64,000 nt of DNA from Sphingomonas sp. (GTDB taxonomy: Bacteria > Pseudomonadota > Alphaproteobacteria > Sphingomonadales > Sphingomonadaceae): contig CBDFLB010000002.1 in NCBI GenBank assembly GCA_965249015.1, forward strand, positions 45,802 through 109,801. The letters run 5' to 3'. Below are positions 58,345 to 64,000 of this stretch, in pieces (the stretch's first letter is position 1; each line of letters begins with the position of its first letter). The notes under the pieces are model-generated. The model saw only the letters and a list, made by a program, of their open reading frames with translations, did not search any database and was not told where the DNA came from. Both the position numbers and the translations under genes were made by a program.

Positions 58345-59642
58345 GTCGCGAGGTCTGCAAGCAGAGTTTCGAATGTCGGAAAACTGGTCGCGACCGGGCT
58401 GATATCGTCGATCGTGATAGCGCGCGCACTGGCGAGTCCGGCGATGGCGAAGCTCATCGCGATCCGGTGATCGAGGCAGGTCGCGATCGGTCCGTCGCCG
58501 GAAAACGGTGCGCCATCGCGACCTTCGACGATCAGGCCGTCGGGCAGTTCCTCGACGTTGACGTCGATCGCCCGCAAACCGGCGGCCATCACGGCAATGC
58601 GGTCCGATTCCTTGACGCGCAGTTCGTCGAGCCCGCGAAACACGCTGCGCCCGGTCGCCATCGCGGCGGCAACGAAGAGGATGGGAAATTCATCGACCAT
58701 GCTCGGGACGATCGCCGCGTCGGTTTCGATCGCGGTCAATCGTGAATGGCGAACTCGCAGATCGGCGACGGGTTCAGCACCCACGGTCCGCAGATTGTCG
58801 ATCGCGATGTCGGCGCCCATCGCCTTCAGGATGATGTAAAGTCCGTTGCGCGTCGGGTTCATGCCGACGTTTTCGATTCGCACGTCCGAGCCTGGCACCA
58901 GCAACGCGGCGACGGTGAGGAAGGCGGCCGACGACGGATCGCCAGGGACGATCACATCCTGCGCCCTCAATTCCGCTTCGCCGCGGATCGAGATGATTTC
59001 GCCGTCGCGGACGACGTCGGCTCCGAATGCGGCAAGCATACGTTCGCTGTGGTCGCGTGTCGGAACCGGCTCGATCACGCGCGTGATCCCCGGCGTGTTC
59101 AGCCCGGCCAGAAGAATTGCCGACTTGACCTGCGCCGAGGCGACGGGAAGACGATATTCGATCGCAAGCGCAGGGCAGATGCCGCGAACCAGGAGCGGCA
59201 GGCGCTGACCGGGACCGGCTTCGAACGATGCGCCCATGGCAGCGAGCGGATCGATCACCCGTCGCATCGGGCGCGCGCTGAGCGATGCGTCGCCGGTAAA
59301 GATTGCCGTGATCGGGTGGCTTGCGACGAGACCCATCAGCAGACGCGCAGAGGTGCCCGAATTGCCCATGTCCAGCACGGTTCGCGGTTGCAGCAGCCCG
59401 CCCACGCCGACACCACGGACATGCCAGCGCGTGTCATGTTTCTGGATTGTCGCGCCCATCGCGCGAAGCGCGGACGCGGTCGCCAGCACGTCTTCGCCTT
59501 CGAGCAGCCCGGCGATGACCGATTCGCCGACTGTCAGCGCCGCAAGCATCAGCGCGCGGTGCGATATCGATTTGTCGCCGGGGACGGCGATCGTGCCGGT
59601 CAGCGGGCCGGACGCGACGAAGGTGCGCGGGGAAGGCGGCAT
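58341..59642 (-). CDS. aroA: 3-phosphoshikimate 1-carboxyvinyltransferase (EPSP synthase)
   Basis: Starts at MPPSPRTFVASGPLTGTIAVPGDKSISHRALM (ATG 59642), 433 aa. The listed ORF up to 60077 is an extension. Confidence 0.93.
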   Translation of the reverse strand: MPPSPRTFVASGPLTGTIAVPGDKSISHRALMLAALTVGESVIAGLLEGEDVLATASALRAMGATIQKHDTRWHVRGVGVGGLLQPRTVLDMGNSGTSARLLMGLVASHPITAIFTGDASLSARPMRRVIDPLAAMGASFEAGPGQRLPLLVRGICPALAIEYRLPVASAQVKSAILLAGLNTPGITRVIEPVPTRDHSERMLAAFGADVVRDGEIISIRGEAELRAQDVIVPGDPSSAAFLTVAALLVPGSDVRIENVGMNPTRNGLYIILKAMGADIAIDNLRTVGAEPVADLRVRHSRLTAIETDAAIVPSMVDEFPILFVAAAMATGRSVFRGLDELRVKESDRIAVMAAGLRAIDVNVEELPDGLIVEGRDGAPFSGDGPIATCLDHRIAMSFAIAGLASARAITIDDISPVATSFPTFETLLADLAT

Positions 59643-59744
59643 GTCGCGCGGCTTTGACAGCGGCGATTCGCTATGGCAAGGGCGCTCGACTTCGCGAGCC
59701 ACGCGCCCGCGATACCCCTGATTTTGCTGGAGCTGAACGAGCCC

Positions 59745-60059
59745 ATGGTTAAGCCTGAATGGGGCACGAAGCGGACTTGTCCGAAATGTGCGACCCGCTT
59801 TTACGACCTGACGAAAGACGATCCCGTTACCTGCATCAACTGCGGGAATATCTGGGTTCCCGAATCGATTTTGAAATCGAAACAGCCGCTGCCGTTCGAC
59901 GAGCCGAAGAAAGAAGCGGTTGTGGCCGACGCCGATCTCAGCGACGATCTTGACATCGATGTCGACGAGGATGCCGAAAAGTCGCCCGACGACGAGGTCG
60001 ATTTGGGCGACGACGACGACCTGGGCGTCGATACGGGTCCCGAGGAGCAGGAAGTCTGA
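59745..60059 (+). CDS. TIGR02300 (FYDLN_acid) family zinc-ribbon protein with an acidic tail
   Basis: MVKPEWGTKRTCPKCATRFYDLTKDDPVTCINCGNIW, then a poly-acidic C-terminus. ATG 59745. Confidence 0.75.
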   Translation: MVKPEWGTKRTCPKCATRFYDLTKDDPVTCINCGNIWVPESILKSKQPLPFDEPKKEAVVADADLSDDLDIDVDEDAEKSPDDEVDLGDDDDLGVDTGPEEQEV

Positions 60060-60127
60060 CCAGGCCCCTGATTTCAAGACAACGTTGCAACCGACCGCTC
60101 GCTGCCATATGGCGACCGTCTCGGAAA

Positions 60128-60203
60128 GGGGCCTTAGCTCAGTTGGTAGAGCGCAACACTGGCAGTGTTGAGGTCAGCGGTTCGACCCCGCTAGGCTCCA
60201 CCA
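60128..60203 (+). tRNA. tRNA-Ala (anticodon GGC)
   Basis: 76-nt cloverleaf: acceptor GGGGCCT/AGGCTCC including the G3:U70 identity pair, anticodon stem CAACA/TGTTG with loop CTGGCAG, T-arm AGCGG-TTCGACC-CCGCT, encoded CCA. Confidence 0.92.
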
Positions 60204-60448
60204 ATTCTTTCTCGTAACTCACTCATTTGGCACGTTTTTTGTTGGGAAGTTTGAATTCGTTACCACACTTGTTCCCTCACATTTGGATGGCTCTGAGCGA
60301 ACTGCGGCGAACATCTCCGGACCATCTGAGTTCGACAAGAGATTCCCAGGGTGGGATTTAGCCTCTCGCGTCACTTTGTTTTTTACGCTCAGCATTGGCT
60401 CATTGAGCCGTTCGGCACCCTGATTCTGCCTGTGTCGAGGAACTGGAC

Positions 60449-60470
60449 TAAAAGCTGATTGGCAAATCAG
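60449..60470 (-). terminator. Intrinsic terminator of the HTH gene
   Basis: On the minus strand, CTGATT-TGCC-AATCAG is followed by CTTTTAG. The stem includes the TGA stop at 60467-60469. Confidence 0.45.
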
Positions 60471-60835
60471 GCCTTCAACGGTGCCTCACTAATCCCGAGG
60501 AGCTCTTCGATGCTCGAAAAAAGGATCACGCGGCGCGCCCCAATTTTCTGCCAAGCCAGCTTTTCCCGCTCCATTAACGCGTAGACCGTGGTCCTTCCGA
60601 CCCCGAGATGCGCACAAGCATCCTTGATCGTGACGGCCAGCGGTCGGGACGTGGAAACACGAGTGGGAGTGTCCGATCTCTTCGGCCTATTGGACGCGCG
60701 CTTTGGCAAATGCATTGTTGCAATTGGCACGGCGGAAGGCTTTGTTGGCTCGTGCGCTCCGTCGAACGAGAGCGCGAATTGCCTGTCGGTCGTTGCAGGC
60801 AGCGTCGCTTCCCTCGACACTTTTTGCTTGGTCAT
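60467..60835 (-). CDS. Helix-turn-helix DNA-binding protein (excisionase/AlpA/MerR-like HTH_17)
   Basis: C-terminal LAVTIKDACAHLGVGRTTVYALMEREKLAWQKIGARRVILFSSIEELL is the excisionase-type HTH pattern. The N-terminal ~60 aa is basic and probably disordered. Confidence 0.6.
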   Translation of the reverse strand: MTKQKVSREATLPATTDRQFALSFDGAHEPTKPSAVPIATMHLPKRASNRPKRSDTPTRVSTSRPLAVTIKDACAHLGVGRTTVYALMEREKLAWQKIGARRVILFSSIEELLGISEAPLKA

Positions 60836-60880
60836 CGATTAACTCCACCAGCCCGGGATTAGGCACTTAGCGAAGTCATC

Positions 60881-62332
60881 CTACATTTCGTCCACAGTCT
60901 TATCGACCGGCGTACCTAATTTACTTGGCAGCGCTTTCGGTGGCGGAAATTGGATAGGGAAATCGAGTATTTCGCTAAACGGCGGGGGTTCCGAAGGCCG
61001 ACGCATGCCATCAAGCAGCCAATCCGGCGGAGTTTTGAGCATCGCGGCAAGCCATGCGGCACTGGCTGCTTTATCCCGCTTACCAACCGTCTTAAAGGTT
61101 TTCTCGAGTGACCTTTCGGCGGCAGCTAGCGCATCGGCAAGTGAGGACTGCGGATGAATGATTAAATGCGGTAGCGCCGCAGAGAGGCCAGCGCGTGTTA
61201 TAGACGGATTGAGAAGTTCAGCCGGAAACACAAGTGCCCTGACCCTAGCGGTCGTCTCTAACGCCCCGATATCCAACGAGCGCACCCAATCATATTTGTA
61301 CTTTTGAACAAGCGGCGGTGCTTCCTCCGGTGCTGGCTCGACCACTAAGGCCAACAGATCCGTTTCATCTGTTGCCGGCGGTATGATCGGATCGAATGGC
61401 ACGTTATCAATTCTGACAGCACGCGTTTCTTCAATCGGTGCGTCCGAGGACGGATAGCCGCACGCTTCATCGCCTTTTGAACCTAGTGGAGCCGGCTCCA
61501 CGATAACGGTCAGCACGCTATGCCACCGCTGGTTGCTTTTCCCGCGGACCAGCGACCGGACATGCTCGTTGTTGGAGCACAAAAGGACCGCGAATGCACT
61601 GTCCAAGAGAGAAGCGTCCGCACGAAGGGATGATGTCGGTGAATAGCCGTCTCCCGTCCGCAGCCCGCGTAACAAATCGTCTACCGACTTTGGTAAAGAC
61701 GGGCAAAAGTTTGCAATCCAGGCGCGACCAAGATCGCTATGCTGAAACTTTACCCAGCCTACGATGCTGAACGCGAGAAGGCTGGTCGATGCGATCAGCA
61801 GTGCGATGCCGATCGGGTTTGCACCAGTGACGAACAAGCCGCCGCCGACGAGAAGGCCAACCCAGCCAATCGACGCGAACAATATACGTGCGCTACTCAA
61901 GCAGTTCGTTCTCGCGGTCACGATCAACAAGTGCTTATGAAATGACGCTGTTTCGTCTCCCTGCGCCGCGAACCGCTCAGCCGCCAGGGGCAAAGCAAGC
62001 GCAAGACGGGCAGGTGTCGTGCCGTTTGTCAGCCCATCTAGAGTTGCCAACCTGATCCTTTTCGACGGCCCTAATTCCGGGTGTGCCATGTCGTCACTTT
62101 CGAGACATTGTGCGTGCACGGCAAGGCTTTCGTTATTTTTTTCAATCGTCAAGATTGTGGACCGCGGCGGATGTTTACGGACTTTGACGGACCTTGATCC
62201 GTAGCGAGCGAAGCAATTCTCGATTTCTCGGACCGTGAGGCGCGTCAGGACGTCGGCGTTGAAGATGCGCTGATCACCATCGACTGGCGGCGTCGCCGCG
62301 ATGTCGACTAGACGCGACCGGCGAGCTGGCAC
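60881..62332 (-). CDS. Orphan 483-aa protein with two central TM helices
   Basis: The long ORF begins at GTG directly after an in-frame stop. Central hydrophobic pair ILFASIGWVGLLVGGGLFV / IGIALLIASTSLLAFSIVGWV. I recognise no catalytic motif. It lies 45 nt upstream of the HTH gene on the same strand. Confidence 0.55.
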   Translation of the reverse strand: MPARRSRLVDIAATPPVDGDQRIFNADVLTRLTVREIENCFARYGSRSVKVRKHPPRSTILTIEKNNESLAVHAQCLESDDMAHPELGPSKRIRLATLDGLTNGTTPARLALALPLAAERFAAQGDETASFHKHLLIVTARTNCLSSARILFASIGWVGLLVGGGLFVTGANPIGIALLIASTSLLAFSIVGWVKFQHSDLGRAWIANFCPSLPKSVDDLLRGLRTGDGYSPTSSLRADASLLDSAFAVLLCSNNEHVRSLVRGKSNQRWHSVLTVIVEPAPLGSKGDEACGYPSSDAPIEETRAVRIDNVPFDPIIPPATDETDLLALVVEPAPEEAPPLVQKYKYDWVRSLDIGALETTARVRALVFPAELLNPSITRAGLSAALPHLIIHPQSSLADALAAAERSLEKTFKTVGKRDKAASAAWLAAMLKTPPDWLLDGMRRPSEPPPFSEILDFPIQFPPPKALPSKLGTPVDKTVDEM

Positions 62333-62672
62333 CTAGCTGATGCGGCGATCGCGGCGGGATACGACGGGCTACGCGTGCCGTCGACACAGACGCGAGGGCT
62401 CAATTAGGTGCTGTGGCGCTGGGGCGGAGAAGGAGCTGGCGGGTCCCTCGTCCCACCGGTTTGCTTGGCTTAATCTAGGTGCCACGCGTGACACTTTGCC
62501 GCTTGTGCGCATCATAGTATCACGGCCGATCACTTTCCTTGGGAAATTGAAGAGATCACGCCGGAACGCATTTGTGCTTTATTCACGCTGATCGCGAGCC
62601 TAGCCCCCCGCCCGCATCAGCGACATCTTCTAGACGCTGGCGAGCGTTTTGGCACGACCGCGCGATGGGCTC

Positions 62673-62990
62673 ATGGTGCCTAACCTGATCGGCGAGGCAG
62701 CAATTGCGAAGGGCGGGGCGGGGCCGTGGGTAAGCGAGAGCGAGGGGATCACATTCATCTGCGACTGGCTGACGATGCAACTGATGCTTTTTAGCACGCG
62801 AGAGGGGCGGCGCAGCGAATTGCGCGCAAGCGTTGCTACTGGGCTACGGCACCGGCTCACGGGCGATGCAGAGCACGATGCCGCGCTGATCGACGTTGCA
62901 GCCGAGGGGGCGGCGCTTACGACCGGCAAGGCGAACGTTAGCCGGGCAGCCATCATTCTGGCCAAGACGGTTAGTTCATGGCTCCTATGA
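62673..62990 (+). CDS. Hypothetical protein
   Basis: GC3 is higher in this frame than in the overlapping minus-strand ORF 62630..62965. The start is uncertain (TTG 62649 or ATG 62673). No motif recognised. Confidence 0.3.
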   Translation: MVPNLIGEAAIAKGGAGPWVSESEGITFICDWLTMQLMLFSTREGRRSELRASVATGLRHRLTGDAEHDAALIDVAAEGAALTTGKANVSRAAIILAKTVSSWLL

Positions 62991-63429
62991 GGGCCGCGTC
63001 ACCGATCGCGTGAAACGCGGTGGCGGGTGGCGTACCGCGTCGAACTCGAGGTATTGGCCGCGATAAAGATGCGTTCGACGCTGTTGAAGTCGCGTCCGCC
63101 ACCTTAGCGCGCGATCGTTGGCGGCCCTCACCAATCACTCGCGAGCGTGAGTCCATAGTCCAGGCTTTGATCGCGCAGCGTCGTCGGCCGCGGCGAGTTC
63201 TCTACTTGCGCATCGCCCAGATCAAGGCCAATCTTGCTTCGCAGCCCGGCAAATTCCGGCTGTGAGGCGTAGTAACCTCAAACCGTCACCGCCGGTCGAA
63301 CTCGTTTCGGCCGGGTGGCCGTCGCGTATGTCCAAGGCTCGCCTAAAGGTGGCGGCGCCTTGTGGTGACGCAGGGTTACTAACACCCGGCTTCGGGCTGC
63401 CTCGTCGATAATGAGCGAGGGCGGGCGTG

Positions 63430-64000
63430 ATGAAGCAGTTCCTGATCGCACTGTTATTGGGCATTGGCATGCCGATGATGGCGTTTGCCGATACAAGTCT
63501 TCCAAGCGACCTTCAGCAATTCCTCGCCAACCGTTTCAAGCAAGGGCGGGGCGTGTTCGGCGCGATCGCCAACGTCATTCCCGGCAAGCTCGATCCAAAT
63601 TCGATCGCCGGCATGGAAGGGCGCAAAGCCGACGGCAGCTATTGGACGAGCGCGTTTTTCAACACGGGCAACGTCAGGATGTTCGACGATCCGCGCAATG
63701 CGCTCGCCAAGTTCTGTGCGACCTCCGGCGGCGTCCTCGAGCGTGTTCAACCCTTTGCATTGTCGGCGCGTCATGAGTTCGCGTTCGGGTCGACCGAGCT
63801 GCGCGATGCGATGGGAAGTTTTCGCGTGCCCAGTGCGGTGCTCGGTCATTGGATCGCGTCCGGCATCGACGGACACGCTGAGATACAGACAGACACCTAT
63901 GGACCCTTCACGAACGACCGCGCGGCGCAGGTCGATGGCAAAGGGTCGCTCGGGTTGTTTGGCTGTAAATCAGGTGGCATTGCAAAGTGGCACATCGCGA
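63430..64000 (+). CDS. Secreted hypothetical protein, 3' end outside the window (absent from the ORF track because no stop is reached)
   Basis: ATG 63430 opens a frame that runs to the window end. It begins MKQFLIALLLGIGMPMMAFA|DTSL, a clear Sec signal peptide, and has good GC3. It overrides the listed ORFs 63411..63776(+) and 63454..63876(-). Confidence 0.6.
   Translation, partial: MKQFLIALLLGIGMPMMAFADTSLPSDLQQFLANRFKQGRGVFGAIANVIPGKLDPNSIAGMEGRKADGSYWTSAFFNTGNVRMFDDPRNALAKFCATSGGVLERVQPFALSARHEFAFGSTELRDAMGSFRVPSAVLGHWIASGIDGHAEIQTDTYGPFTNDRAAQVDGKGSLGLFGCKSGGIAKWHIA

Larger units (their letters stand above)
60204..64000. mobile_element. Putative tRNA-Ala-flanked genomic islet (low G+C, orphan genes); right boundary not in window, no integrase seen
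   Basis: G+C drops abruptly right after the tRNA (28/60 for 60241-60300). It contains an excisionase-like HTH gene, orphan ORFs, and a stretch with no convincing coding frame. Confidence 0.3.

Noticed and set aside
61494-61503. A possible att direct repeat of the tRNA-Ala 3' end (GGCTCCACGA versus GGCTCCACCA).
   Set aside because: It is a 9/10 match of only 10 nt inside the coding sequence of the 483-aa ORF. That is too short to be meaningful. A true attR, if any, is probably beyond the window.
62340-62780. Listed ORFs 62340-62591(+) and 62583-62780(-).
   Set aside because: Their translations are Arg/Cys-rich and implausible. The region is more likely the promoter and leader of the divergent 483-aa gene and the 62673 ORF.
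62991-63300. A frameshifted ParE/RelE-like toxin pseudogene on the minus strand (fragments ...GLRSKIG... and ...HLYRGQYLEFDAVRH...).
   Set aside because: The two fragments are about 60 codons apart, far more than the ~10 residues separating the corresponding ParE motifs. The similarity is only a few residues.

Overview
This is a high-GC chromosomal segment. Single 60-nt lines I counted in core genes are about 67% G+C (for example 40/60 at 9001-9060). Gene content and order look alphaproteobacterial, most plausibly Sphingomonadales. That is an inference from mfd-sdhE-recG synteny, long-form pstC/pstA, several TonB-dependent receptors and fabD-fabG; no database search was possible. All product names come from motif and family recognition by eye.

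The window is mostly housekeeping. It holds corA, nadK, moaA, mfd, sdhE, recG, tyrS, folE, rpsF-rpsR-rplI, fabD-fabG, pgsA, moaD-moaE and cysE. It also holds a complete phoR-pstSCAB-phoU-phoB regulon, glmU, glmS, ihfB, rpsA, cmk and aroA. There are three tRNAs: Asn-GTT, Arg-CCT and Ala-GGC. I saw no rRNA, CRISPR array, transposase or integrase.

Five places break the housekeeping pattern:
1. A translationally coupled cassette at 48.5-51.0 kb, between phoR and glmU. It encodes a PqqD-like protein, an HprK-like P-loop kinase and a nucleotidyltransferase, preceded by a small Tat-signal protein. It resembles RiPP tailoring modules but has no core RiPP enzymes. This is my best candidate for an uncharacterised system.
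2. A low-GC vapBC-type toxin-antitoxin pair inserted between glmU and glmS.
3. A low-GC orphan gene pair (cytoplasmic protein plus lipoprotein) between folE and rplI.
4. A MoxR ATPase and its VWA partner separated by two opposite-strand genes, one of which is a soluble, inverted-architecture MCP.
5. A low-GC islet immediately 3' of tRNA-Ala with orphan genes; its right boundary is outside the window.

Many long ORFs in the six-frame track are antisense shadow ORFs of the GC-rich genes and were not called. Several listed ORFs have spurious N-terminal extensions, which I trimmed and justify per feature.
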